Position numbers and translations under genes: made by a program | Part shown: piece by piece, positions 39,040 to 48,638 of the stretch | How positions within the stretch are numbered: position 1 is the stretch's first letter | How the letters are laid out: each line of letters starts with the position of its first letter | DNA from: an uncultured Gammaproteobacteria bacterium | Lineage (GTDB): Bacteria > Patescibacteriota > Microgenomatia > Woykebacterales > RBG-16-39-9b | Assembly (NCBI GenBank): GCA_964360785.1 | Contig: CAYHXX010000002.1 | Span: 28,107 to 92,106, forward strand | Reading direction: 5' to 3' | DNA length: 64,000 nt | Notes under the pieces: model-generated | Told to the model about the DNA's origin: nothing | Seen by the model: the letters and a program-made list of their open reading frames with translations, nothing else | The model's database searches: none

Positions 39040-39441
39040 CTACTTGCGCTTCCCCCCGTGAGCCATCTCCTGGTCGTGGCTGCGGCGTTCGGATTGCCGG
39101 GCACGCCATCGCTCCTTCTTGGCCATCTTCCGCACCTTGCGGTTGGCGGCCTCGATGCGGTCGCTGCTGGACTGCTCCGACAGTTCCACGATGAGCTCCT
39201 GGGCCCTGACGAACTTGCCGTTCGTCTTGGCTGTGACCGCCGCGAAGAAGAGTTTCTTCGCCACCGATCCGAGCTCACGCGGGTTGAACCGCCTGAGACT
39301 GCTCTCGACCTGAGAACAGAGGCTCCGGCAACGGCGGCACGTGCTCACGTTGCGGTCCTCGGCCTCGAGGTCTACAACGAACCCCGTATCGCACGAGCGG
39401 CACAGAGTTTCCACTTCAGCCTTGCCGAAAATCGTAACCAT
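39040..39441 (-). CDS. GC-rich orphan CxxC...CxxC zinc-finger protein with basic C-terminus (133 aa)
   Basis: SD AAAGGGGA before ATG 39441; CRSC and CRRC. Confidence 0.7.
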   Translation of the reverse strand: MVTIFGKAEVETLCRSCDTGFVVDLEAEDRNVSTCRRCRSLCSQVESSLRRFNPRELGSVAKKLFFAAVTAKTNGKFVRAQELIVELSEQSSSDRIEAANRKVRKMAKKERWRARQSERRSHDQEMAHGGKRK

Positions 39442-39745
39442 TTCGTGTCCCCTTTCACAGGAACAACTCACACTTTAGGACGGGGTGAGTAACCGCTTTG
39501 GCTTGAAGCCAAAAAGCCATTCCAAAGGAAACCTTTGGAACAGCTTTATAGCCTCAACTTACCTTCACAAATTTGGCTCTTAAGTTTCGGGGAAGTTTGT
39601 ATTCACCTCCTTTTGATAGATATCCCGTAATTTCTTACGAGCCAAGTTTGAAAAGATAAAGGTTTAGGGCGGGTGGGAGGATACTTTGCATTGCTTTCTC
39701 CTCCCACCCATGTGCCCCGCATGTTGTCGTCGCCGGCGTACCTGG

Positions 39746-39898
39746 TTAGCGCTTCTGAGCGGCCAGGGCCCGACAGGTCTGGGTGATCGCGTCGCCGTTG
39801 CCGTACACCCGTGTGGCAACACCACCCGGGAGAACGATCATGCGCGACGGGCCGGTGTTGAAGCTCTTGTATGATACCTTCTGACCAGAACGTGACAT
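39746..39898 (-). CDS. GC-rich small protein (50 aa)
   Basis: SD CAGGAGGT; MSRSGQKVSYKSFNTGPSRMIVLPGGVATRVYGNGDAITQTCRALAAQKR. Confidence 0.6.
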   Translation of the reverse strand: MSRSGQKVSYKSFNTGPSRMIVLPGGVATRVYGNGDAITQTCRALAAQKR

Positions 39899-40027
39899 GT
39901 TGGCGGGACCTCCTGTAAAAGCTGAGTCACCTCATTTTGGTGTCTCAAACCTCACTACTAGATAGGGAGATTTCAGATACCAAGACCTCTCTCAAAAAGC
40001 CTGATGCACCACTCAATCTTGATAAAA

Positions 40028-40067
40028 AGTATAGCACACTTTAGTCCTTTTGTCAAGTACTATGGGT
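40028..40067 (-). promoter_or_regulatory. sigma70 promoter with upstream ACCCATAGT box
   Basis: ACCCATAGTAC-TTGACA-17-TATACT. Confidence 0.8.
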
Positions 40068-40088
40068 TGTTCTCTGGGTTAGTGGTGA

Positions 40089-43010
40089 TTATTTTTTAGT
40101 TAGGGAAAACGGGCATATAGAATTGTAAGGGCAATAGTTACAGGCAGGTAAGCGGCCGAAGTATTTCGGGTTAGCAGGAAAATTATCGTTTTGTAAATTC
40201 TCTTGAATGTTTTGGGCAACGGTGATAACTTCTTCCTCAGTTTTTTTGATCTCTTCGAGTTTTGGCTGGTAACCGCCTTCAAAACCACTTTCCAGGTCGG
40301 AAATACCAACAAACTCGGGGACAATCCCATAGTTTTTGTAGTAAGCGAGTGTATAAATTTTCAGTTGGACGCTGTCTTTGGCATTTTTTTCTAGCTCTTC
40401 AGCTGTGCGATTTTCTGTGGATTTATAATCAATGATCCTTACTTTTTTGTTTTTTTTATCCTCATCAACTCGATCAAATCTTCCTTTAACCAAAACTTCC
40501 ACACCAGAGATTTTTAACCCGAAACGAAACTCTTTCTCAATATAAGTTGGGAGAATCTTGGAACCTTTCTCGCGCTGCCAAAAAGATTTGAGGACTGCTT
40601 TGGCTTGGATCAACCTTCTTTCCTCGTGTTCAGCGGTGAGGAAACCTTCGTTTATCCAAGTGTTTTCCAAAACTTCGGTGATCTGCGATAGTTTTGGAGT
40701 TTTACCAGCCATTTTACTTTGCCAAAAATCTGCCACGGCGGCGTGCAAGGCAAAACCATAAACAATGGTGTGGTGACGAAGTATCGGTAGGCGCAATATG
40801 TGCGCATAGCGGTATTTGTAGGCACAAGTTTCATAATCATCAATCGAAGATTGGGAAAGAGAAATAATTTTTTTGATACGTATCGGACTTTTGGTTTTTT
40901 CTTTTGCGAAATTGAATTGTTCGATTTTTTCCAGAGCACTCTTTTTTACAGTAACTTGAGTCGCTACGGGTTTATCAAGTGCTTCGAGAACAAAGGGAGA
41001 AACTTTCTTGAGTCTTTTGCCTCCAGCATCTTTGTGCCAAGTGTAGTAAAGCTTGTCCTTGGCCCGGGTACTACCAACATAAAACAACCGCCGCTCCTCC
41101 TGTATATGAAAATCCCCTTCCGGCAGCTCTTCTTTGATCAGCTGCTCGGGGAGCGGGATACTCTCGCCCCTTTCTCTCGAAGGGAAACGGTCTGCCGTCA
41201 AACTGACCATAAAGACAGTGGCGAATTCTAAGCCTTTGGCTGCGTGCACCGTCAGTACGGAAACTGCGTCAAGATCGGGGTCAAAATCAGCGGCGGCCGG
41301 GTCGTCCCCAACTTGCTGCATCGTGATAAGGAAATCGACAAACACTTGCACCGACTCGTTGCGAGCGAGATCAATAAACTCCCGGATCTTGTCAAAAAAC
41401 TTAGCTATGTTTTGGATTTTTAGCTGCGCCTCAACGGTATTTTCCCGTTCCAACTTTTTTAGATATTCGGTCTTTTCCAAAAATTTATAAAGTACTCGTC
41501 CCACATTTTCTTTGCGAGAAAGCGAAAGCAGCTCTTCTTGATCGTTGATTATGTTTTCCACGATCGCACGGCCTTCCGGACTTACTTCAACTTCATCTAG
41601 GACACCTAGATTTTGAAAAACGTAATGCAGATTTTTGTTGCGACGTCGGGCTAAGTCCATACAAGCAATGCAGTCAGGCAGAGGGAGTTGGTAGATTTCT
41701 GAAGTTGCCAAATCGTAAAGACTAAGGCTGTCATCAAAATTTGACAGGCTTTTCAAAAAAGAGATTAATAAACTGATTTCTGGCTGGTTGTACAATCCAG
41801 AGACACCGGAAAATTTAAACGGGATTCCTTTGATATTTAGCGATCTCAAGAAAGGCTCTGCCTGAGAATTTGCTCTCACCAGTATCGCTATGTTCTTAAA
41901 ACTATTAGTTTTGTTTTTTGTAAGTTTTTCTATTTGCCCGGCTACAAAATCAGCTTCCTGGGAAAGAGTTTCAAAAGAAACTTCCTTTGGAGACTCTCCT
42001 GGGGATTCACGAGTCGAAACTAATTTCTTATTAATTTTATTGCGCACTTCTAGCCGATCTGGGTCATTAAAGCGGATCAACCGATAGCTCCTGTCAAGTA
42101 AGTTTTGGTTTGAACGATAATTTTTGGTCAGGACAATTTGCGCTGCTTTTTTGTAGTCAATCTTGAATTTCAAAATATTGGAAATTGCTGCCCCCCGAAA
42201 CTTGTAAATACTTTGATCATCATCTCCCACCACACAAATATTTTTATGAGAGTTGGCCAGCAATTTTACTAGCTCATTCTGGGCATAATTTGTGTCTTGG
42301 TACTCATCGACCAGAATATATTTAAACTTGTTTTGATACTCCTTCAAGATTTGTGGCTGATCTCTGAAAAGTTTTAGAGTGAGATAAACTTGATCGCCAT
42401 AGTCCACTTTTCCGGCGGAGAGCTTGAGGTCCTCATATTTGGTGTAAAAGGAAGCTAGTTCGAACTGTTTCTCGTATTCTTCTTTATCTTGAGATTTCTT
42501 CAGGCCTTTAGCAACTTCCAAGTAATCTTCGGGACTGACATCCTCATCTTTACAACGGCTGATGAGGGCGAGAATACCTTCAATAAACTTTGTTGGATTC
42601 GACAGGGGTCGGTAATGTCTCAGGTCGAAAGCAAAAAGGTTTTGCTGAACAAAAAGAATCTGTTGGGGTTTAGTCAAAACTTGAAAATCCGTCGGCATAC
42701 CCAAATCTAGCGCTTCTTCTCTCAAGATTCGATCTCCAAAAGCATGGAAGGTTGAGATCCAAGTATCAACATAGCCATAGGGAACAAGGATATCGACCCG
42801 TTCTTCCATCTCCGCAGCTGCCTTCTCAGTGAAAGTTAGTGCCAGAATTTCTGAAGGTTTTGCTAGTTTTTTCTCAATGATATAAGCAATTCGTCGACTG
42901 ATAACGGTAGTCTTACCAGTCCCGGCTCCAGCAATTATCAACAAGGGTCCAGCTGTATTGGAAACTGCTTTTGCTTGATCTGGGTTCAGTCCTTTTAAAA
43001 TTTCGCTCAT
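40089..43010 (-). CDS. UvrD-family helicase with C-terminal PD-(D/E)XK nuclease (AdnB/AddA-like)
   Basis: AGAGTGKT, DEYQD, HAAKGLEF, EERRLFYV; C-terminal GRFDRVD, IIDYKS, QL.IY, C..CPY..IC. Confidence 0.92.
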   Translation of the reverse strand: MSEILKGLNPDQAKAVSNTAGPLLIIAGAGTGKTTVISRRIAYIIEKKLAKPSEILALTFTEKAAAEMEERVDILVPYGYVDTWISTFHAFGDRILREEALDLGMPTDFQVLTKPQQILFVQQNLFAFDLRHYRPLSNPTKFIEGILALISRCKDEDVSPEDYLEVAKGLKKSQDKEEYEKQFELASFYTKYEDLKLSAGKVDYGDQVYLTLKLFRDQPQILKEYQNKFKYILVDEYQDTNYAQNELVKLLANSHKNICVVGDDDQSIYKFRGAAISNILKFKIDYKKAAQIVLTKNYRSNQNLLDRSYRLIRFNDPDRLEVRNKINKKLVSTRESPGESPKEVSFETLSQEADFVAGQIEKLTKNKTNSFKNIAILVRANSQAEPFLRSLNIKGIPFKFSGVSGLYNQPEISLLISFLKSLSNFDDSLSLYDLATSEIYQLPLPDCIACMDLARRRNKNLHYVFQNLGVLDEVEVSPEGRAIVENIINDQEELLSLSRKENVGRVLYKFLEKTEYLKKLERENTVEAQLKIQNIAKFFDKIREFIDLARNESVQVFVDFLITMQQVGDDPAAADFDPDLDAVSVLTVHAAKGLEFATVFMVSLTADRFPSRERGESIPLPEQLIKEELPEGDFHIQEERRLFYVGSTRAKDKLYYTWHKDAGGKRLKKVSPFVLEALDKPVATQVTVKKSALEKIEQFNFAKEKTKSPIRIKKIISLSQSSIDDYETCAYKYRYAHILRLPILRHHTIVYGFALHAAVADFWQSKMAGKTPKLSQITEVLENTWINEGFLTAEHEERRLIQAKAVLKSFWQREKGSKILPTYIEKEFRFGLKISGVEVLVKGRFDRVDEDKKNKKVRIIDYKSTENRTAEELEKNAKDSVQLKIYTLAYYKNYGIVPEFVGISDLESGFEGGYQPKLEEIKKTEEEVITVAQNIQENLQNDNFPANPKYFGRLPACNYCPYNSICPFSLTKK

Positions 43011-44023
43011 ATTTCTTCTGGGGTGGGTAGGGCTTCTTTGTCTTCCTTCTTCTCAATTGTAGCGATGGTGGAAATTTTGGAATTTAGGCTGCTATAGCGA
43101 TTGTTGACCATATCGGAAGTATTTTTCGTGTCCGTGATATGTTTGGTTAACACTCTTAAACTTTCGCCAAATTTACCAGATTCTGTCTGAATACTACGCA
43201 AGGCCGTCAAAATAGTTTTGGCCCGTTCTTCAATCTTCTTGCCTTCAAAACTCATCAGAATTGTGCGCATATAAGCATAAAAGGTTGCCGGGGAAACTGG
43301 TAGAACTCTTTTCTTGTAAGCGTAATCAGAAAGCTCGGGCAGGTTGGCCATTATCTCGTAATAGACCGATTCGCTCGGGATATACATCAGAGCATAATCA
43401 ATCGTGCCCTCTTCGGGTAAGATGTACTTATTTGCGATATCGTCAATGTGTTTTTTTACATCGCGAACAAACTCTTTCTGTAAACTCAGTTTTTCAGTTT
43501 CCGCTTCAGCTGAATTGAATGCATTGAAACGCTCGAGGGGAAACTTAGAATCAATCACGATCAAACCGCTTTCAGTTTTTATGGCGGCATCAACAATCTC
43601 TCCAGTTTTAAACCGGTACTGCAAATAAAAACTTTCCTTGGGGAGAAAATCTCCCAAAATTTCTTTGAGTATTTGCTCACCTAAATTTCCGCGAAGTTTG
43701 GGAGAACGTAAAAAATCCTGAAGTTGTTTCATGGAACGACCGATTTCGCTCATTTGACCAATCTCTTTTTGAACTCCGGCTATTACCACCGCGGCTTTGT
43801 CTAGTCGTTCCCCCAAAATTTTGCTACTTTCGCTGAGTTGTTTTTGGGTAACTTCAGAATTTTTATCAACAGAGGCTTGCATACCCTTCAACCACTCTGT
43901 TAGAACTCTGAGACTTTCTTCGCTGCTTTTATTTTGGTTTGATTTTTCGATAACTTTGTAGAGAAAGAAAAAACCAACAATTATTATTATCCCGATAGCA
44001 ATAAGAAGTGTTTGTGTATCCAT
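43007..44023 (-). CDS. rmuC: DNA recombination protein RmuC
   Basis: KLRGNLGE, IDSKFP, HIDDIANKYI, MYIPSE. Confidence 0.92.
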   Translation of the reverse strand: MDTQTLLIAIGIIIIVGFFFLYKVIEKSNQNKSSEESLRVLTEWLKGMQASVDKNSEVTQKQLSESSKILGERLDKAAVVIAGVQKEIGQMSEIGRSMKQLQDFLRSPKLRGNLGEQILKEILGDFLPKESFYLQYRFKTGEIVDAAIKTESGLIVIDSKFPLERFNAFNSAEAETEKLSLQKEFVRDVKKHIDDIANKYILPEEGTIDYALMYIPSESVYYEIMANLPELSDYAYKKRVLPVSPATFYAYMRTILMSFEGKKIEERAKTILTALRSIQTESGKFGESLRVLTKHITDTKNTSDMVNNRYSSLNSKISTIATIEKKEDKEALPTPEEI

Positions 44024-44124
44024 TTGTTTTTTCTAGATCTTGTAATGATCTGCGGATAGATTGCCATCTTAGCAAAGGCTATCCTAGTTGTAAACCAAAA
44101 GTAGCTACTTTAAACTTGATGTAG

Positions 44125-44526
44125 ATGTTTCTCTATATCTTGCCCACCATCCTACTCACCGCTATCTCCGTGGCTGTCTTTATTTTCACTTCTCTCTATA
44201 CCAACCCAAAGGATAGCGCTGGAAACTTAATTGTGATCAATCTTGTGTATTTTCTCCTGTCTGGTTTCGGTAGCCTTGCTGGCTTCCTGACCTTGGTGCT
44301 ATACTGGCTTTCGAATTTCAGATCCGAACAGAGTAGATCTCTCTCTGTCGAAGCGCTTCACAAACCAAAAATAAGGTTTAGGAAAAGTCTTCGTCACGGT
44401 CTCTTGGTATCACTGAGTGTTGTCGGAATCGGATTACTTAATAGCTTGGGCTTTGCCAATCCAGTGAATATTATTCTTCTGATTTCAGCAGCTATTCTGA
44501 TAGAGGTGTATTTTTTCGGGCACTAA
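44125..44526 (+). CDS. Hypothetical membrane protein
   Basis: About 4 TM helices, SLRHG motif. Confidence 0.75.
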   Translation: MFLYILPTILLTAISVAVFIFTSLYTNPKDSAGNLIVINLVYFLLSGFGSLAGFLTLVLYWLSNFRSEQSRSLSVEALHKPKIRFRKSLRHGLLVSLSVVGIGLLNSLGFANPVNIILLISAAILIEVYFFGH

Positions 44527-44532
44527 ATACTT

Positions 44533-45933
44533 ATGGAAAAGAAAAAGTTTTTTGTTACAACACCAATATACTATATCAACGATGTCCCCCACATCGGGCA
44601 TGCCTATGCCACAATTGCGGCTGATATTCTCGCTCGTTACTATCGCGCACTTGGGACCGAAACTTTTTTCCTGGCTGGTCTTGATGAGAACTCTCAAAAA
44701 ACCGTACTTGCAGCGGAGAAATCTGGAAAGGATATTGTTTCTTACACAAACGACCTGGCAATAACTTGGCAAAACACCTGGAAAAGTTTGGAGATATCCA
44801 ATGATGATTTTATCCGTACAACTGAAGGTAGGCACAAGAAGTTAGTTTTAGAATTTTTCAAAAAAGTTGAGTCTTCCGGAGACATCTACAAAGGTCATTA
44901 CGAGGGGCTTTATTGTGTTGGGCATGAAGCGTTTTTGAAAGAAGGGGATTTGGATGAAAACGGTTTGTGTCCAGATCACAAAAGCAAACCTGAGACTTTA
45001 GTCGAAGCAAACTATTTTTTCAAGCTCTCCAAATATCAAGATCAGCTACTTTCTTTTTACAAAGCCAACCCAGGTTTTGTCGAACCAAAAGAGCGTTTTC
45101 ATGAGGTAATAAATTTTGTTGAGAGCGGTCTTCAGGATATCTCGGTAACCAGAGAAAGCCAGAAATGGGGAATACCTGCTCCCATCGATAATAAACAAGT
45201 GATTTATGTTTGGTTTGACGCTCTGATCAACTATATTTCTGCCAACCCAAGTAAGTGGCCGGCAGATCTCCACATTATCGGCAAGGATATTTTGCGCTTT
45301 CACGCTGTAATTTGGCCAGCAATGCTCCTGTCCGCTGGATATCCCCTACCCAAGAAAATCTTTGCTCATGGCTTCTTCACCGTCGATGGACAAAAGATCA
45401 GCAAATCGCTGGCAAACAGCATCGACCCGATCAAGTTGGTCGAGGAGTACGGCAACGACGCCTTGCGCTACTTCTTATTTCACGAATTTCCTTTTGGCAA
45501 TGATGGCGATTTTTCTTTTGAGCGCTTGCGCGAAGTTTATAACTCTGATCTAGCAAACGGTCTTGGCAACCTTATTTCCCGCATAGCAAAACTCGCGGAA
45601 AGTTTAGAACTTAGTGGTGCCTCTTTGCACAAGAACCCGTTACTTGATTCTAGCTTTCGTATCCATATTGAAAAACTAGAATTTCTCGAAGGCTTAAACT
45701 ATATTTGGGGAAAAATCAGAAAAATCGATAAGAGTATTGAGACGTCAAAACCTTGGGAGGCTCTTGAGACTGATCGGCCCAAAGCTAGCAGTATTGTTGA
45801 GAACTTGATAAGACAAGTAATCGAAATACAAGAACTCCTGATTCCTTTTTTACCCGAAACAGCAGAAACAATCGCCAAGCAATTCTCAGCCGAGAAAATT
45901 AAATCAGAAGCGCCGCTTTTCCCGCGTAAGTAA
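44533..45933 (+). CDS. metG: Methionine-tRNA ligase (short)
   Basis: TTPIYYIND.PHIGH, YVWFDAL, IGKDILRFH, KISKS. Confidence 0.97.
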   Translation: MEKKKFFVTTPIYYINDVPHIGHAYATIAADILARYYRALGTETFFLAGLDENSQKTVLAAEKSGKDIVSYTNDLAITWQNTWKSLEISNDDFIRTTEGRHKKLVLEFFKKVESSGDIYKGHYEGLYCVGHEAFLKEGDLDENGLCPDHKSKPETLVEANYFFKLSKYQDQLLSFYKANPGFVEPKERFHEVINFVESGLQDISVTRESQKWGIPAPIDNKQVIYVWFDALINYISANPSKWPADLHIIGKDILRFHAVIWPAMLLSAGYPLPKKIFAHGFFTVDGQKISKSLANSIDPIKLVEEYGNDALRYFLFHEFPFGNDGDFSFERLREVYNSDLANGLGNLISRIAKLAESLELSGASLHKNPLLDSSFRIHIEKLEFLEGLNYIWGKIRKIDKSIETSKPWEALETDRPKASSIVENLIRQVIEIQELLIPFLPETAETIAKQFSAEKIKSEAPLFPRK

Positions 45934-45935
45934 TT

Positions 45936-46706
45936 ATGGAACTAATCGACACCCACGCCCATCTTCAATTTGAGAATTTCGCAGACGACAGAGAAGAAGT
46001 CATCTCCAGAAACTCCTCACAATTAAAGGCAGTAATAAATCCTGGAGCAGACCTGGATTCATCAGAAAATGCCGTCGTGCTTTCTCAAAAAGTAGCCAAT
46101 TTCTACGCTGCTGTTGGGGTACACCCACACCACGTCGATCATTGGACCGAAGATTACTTGCCCAAATTGGAAATAATGGTTAAAAACGACAAAGTTGTTG
46201 CAGTTGGAGAAATTGGACTAGATAACCACGTTTATGAAGGTTATCCACAACCTGATTTGGAAAAGCAAAAAGGAATACTGCTACCCCAGATAGAGCTAGC
46301 TCGAACTTACAAAAAACCTATTCTTTTTCATTGCCGAAACGCCTATGATGAACTTTACGACACCATTAAAAGCTACCATCCAATTTCTGGTTTAGTACAC
46401 TGTTTTATGGGGGACAAAGAACTTGCAAAGAAGTTCGTGGATTTGGGACTTTTAATCTCGTTTGCTGGAAATATTACTTACAAAAATAATGGCCATATGC
46501 GAGAAGCAGCTGCAAGTCTTTCCCTTGATCAGATTTTACTAGAAACTGACTCTCCCTACCTCACACCAGAACCTCTCCGCGGACAGAGAAACGAACCTAT
46601 CAATGTATCACTAGTTGCTGAAACTATTGCCCAAGTTCGGGAAATTGCAGTAGAGGAAGTAGCCAAGAGAACAACAAAAAACACTGAAAGGCTCTTCAAA
46701 CTATGA
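45936..46706 (+). CDS. tatD: TatD family hydrolase
   Basis: IDTHAH, GVHPH, GEIGLD, HCF, ETDSPY. Confidence 0.95.
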   Translation: MELIDTHAHLQFENFADDREEVISRNSSQLKAVINPGADLDSSENAVVLSQKVANFYAAVGVHPHHVDHWTEDYLPKLEIMVKNDKVVAVGEIGLDNHVYEGYPQPDLEKQKGILLPQIELARTYKKPILFHCRNAYDELYDTIKSYHPISGLVHCFMGDKELAKKFVDLGLLISFAGNITYKNNGHMREAAASLSLDQILLETDSPYLTPEPLRGQRNEPINVSLVAETIAQVREIAVEEVAKRTTKNTERLFKL

Positions 46707-48178
46707 GTAAACTTTCGAACAGCTTTCTTGAAAAACTAACTCCAATTTTTTCTCTTGTTCTTTTGACCTCCCCGTTTTGGCTCTCTTTTTTCTTACCAAA
46801 ACTAACGGTCTATTTGATCTTTATTTTTGACCTTTATTTTGTTTACCGCGGTGCCTCTCTCGGTATCAATTCTGTTCGTTCCTACCTCAAGATTAGAAAA
46901 TCTGTCAAAACTGATTGGCTTGAAAAGTGTCGGCAAGAAAACCTTGATTATCAGAAAATGCACCACGTTGTGTTTATACCAACGTATAAGGAACCAGTTC
47001 TGATATTGGAAAGAACTCTTAGTTTTTTATCTGAACAAGAGTTTCCCACCAAAAATATTTTAGTAGTCCTTGCCGGGGAGGCACGTGAAGAGGATTTTCT
47101 GGTGAAAGCTGGTGACCTCAAAGAAAAGTTCAAGGAAAAATTTTTAGATATCTTGATCACTAAACACACCTTGCTGGAGGGTGAAGTAGCTGGTAAAAGC
47201 TCAAATCAAAATTTTGCCTCACAAACTGTAAACGCTTACTTGGCTGAAAAAAACATCGATAAAGACCACCTAACTTTTACCTCGTGTGATGCAGATGTTG
47301 CCATGCACCCAAAATATTTTTCTAACGTATCCTATCTTTTTCTGAGAAACCCAAACCGCTATCTGCGTTTTTGGCAGGGGGCACTACTTTTCTACAACAA
47401 CATTTGGCGTGTACCCATCCCAATTCGCGTAGTTCACACCCTTTACTCAATATCGGGTGTAGCTGAGTTGATGCGGCCACAAACTGCCTTTATTTATTCC
47501 ACCTATACCGGGAGCTGGCGACTACTTGAAAAAACTGGGTTCTGGGATCCTGATGTTATCTCTGAGGATTGGCATTTATTTTTTAAGGCCTTCTTTGCAA
47601 CCAACGGTCATGTGGAGCTGGAACCGGTTTTCCTACCGCTTTCGGCCGATGCGGTTGAAGGCAGAAATCTTCGAGAGTCCCTGGCTGCCCAATATCAGCA
47701 AAATCGTCGTTGGGCATGGGGAGTTGTTGATGTTGCTTATGCCATTAAGCAGTTTAGAATTCACAAGGGAAGTGTTTCAATCCCAAACTTTATTCTGAGA
47801 TTCTTGCGTGTTTTTGAGCAGCATCTGCTCTGGCCTGTTAATTGGTGGGTAATCACACTAGGTGCAACCTTACCTCCTTTGATAAACGCACAATTAAGAT
47901 TCACAACTCTTGGCTACTACTTACCAAAATTGGCTGGGCTAATCCTAACTATAACCACCGTGTTTATCCTTTTAATAATTGTTGTTGATTTTATGCTCAG
48001 ACCACCACGTCCACAAAATCTTAAAAAGACATTTTTCCTGACCAATATCTTGCAATATTTACTTCTTCCCATTACTGGTTTTTTGTTTGGTTCCCTACCT
48101 GGTATGGATGCTCACACCCGTTTGATATTAGGAAAAAGGCTGGATTATAAAGTGACTGAGAAGTTTGAAGAGAAATAA
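46703..48178 (+). CDS. Membrane glycosyltransferase family 2
   Basis: IPTYKE, GKSSN, CDAD, ISEDW, Q..RWAWG. Confidence 0.88.
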   Translation: MSKLSNSFLEKLTPIFSLVLLTSPFWLSFFLPKLTVYLIFIFDLYFVYRGASLGINSVRSYLKIRKSVKTDWLEKCRQENLDYQKMHHVVFIPTYKEPVLILERTLSFLSEQEFPTKNILVVLAGEAREEDFLVKAGDLKEKFKEKFLDILITKHTLLEGEVAGKSSNQNFASQTVNAYLAEKNIDKDHLTFTSCDADVAMHPKYFSNVSYLFLRNPNRYLRFWQGALLFYNNIWRVPIPIRVVHTLYSISGVAELMRPQTAFIYSTYTGSWRLLEKTGFWDPDVISEDWHLFFKAFFATNGHVELEPVFLPLSADAVEGRNLRESLAAQYQQNRRWAWGVVDVAYAIKQFRIHKGSVSIPNFILRFLRVFEQHLLWPVNWWVITLGATLPPLINAQLRFTTLGYYLPKLAGLILTITTVFILLIIVVDFMLRPPRPQNLKKTFFLTNILQYLLLPITGFLFGSLPGMDAHTRLILGKRLDYKVTEKFEEK

Positions 48179-48232
48179 CGGGTAATGTCACTTTGCGTTC
48201 TTCGAACTAAACGTGACTGAGAAGTTTGAAGA
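48152..48232. repeat. 20-bp direct repeat flanking a 41-bp segment
   Basis: GTGACTGAGAAGTTTGAAGA at 48152-48171 and 48213-48232. Confidence 0.88.
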
Positions 48233-48293
48233 AAATTGCATTTTTTAGCTCTTTAGTTTTGGTTGCGGTATAATCTCCCTGCTTAAATTACTT

Positions 48294-48635
48294 ATGAGTA
48301 ACAAATTTTTTTCCCCCGTTAGTTTGTGGGCATTGGTTTTAAACCTAATTGTTTTTTTCACTGCCGTAACTTTGCTGCTGCTCCACAGAAACTCCCTGCC
48401 ACCAACTTTACCTCTGTGGTTTTCGAAGCCTTGGGGGGCCGAGAGGCTAGCCCCACCGCTAGCTTTATGGCTTTTGCCCAGTATCATTCTAATTTCTCTG
48501 GTATTAAACAGCCTGGTCGCCAAGATACTTTTCGAAAACCAGAGAACTTTAGCTTTAATTTTAGTTTGGGCCACCCTGCTCGTTTCACTAATACTGTTTT
48601 TTCCACTGTACCGAATACTTTTGGTAATAGTTTAG
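48294..48635 (+). CDS. Hypothetical membrane protein (LP..LPLWFS.PWG motif)
   Basis: Three TM helices. Confidence 0.75.
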   Translation: MSNKFFSPVSLWALVLNLIVFFTAVTLLLLHRNSLPPTLPLWFSKPWGAERLAPPLALWLLPSIILISLVLNSLVAKILFENQRTLALILVWATLLVSLILFFPLYRILLVIV

Positions 48636-48638
48636 TTT

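Noticed and set aside
36690-39492. Several long alternative-frame ORFs in the GC-rich island
   Set aside because: High GC suppresses stops; only the minus-strand frames with an SD and CxxC motifs are supported.
36363-40070. Prophage or IS element
   Set aside because: No integrase, transposase, structural genes or terminal repeats recognisable.
48152-48232. Possible mini-CRISPR (20-bp repeat, 41-bp spacer)
   Set aside because: Only two short repeats, one being coding sequence; no cas genes or leader.
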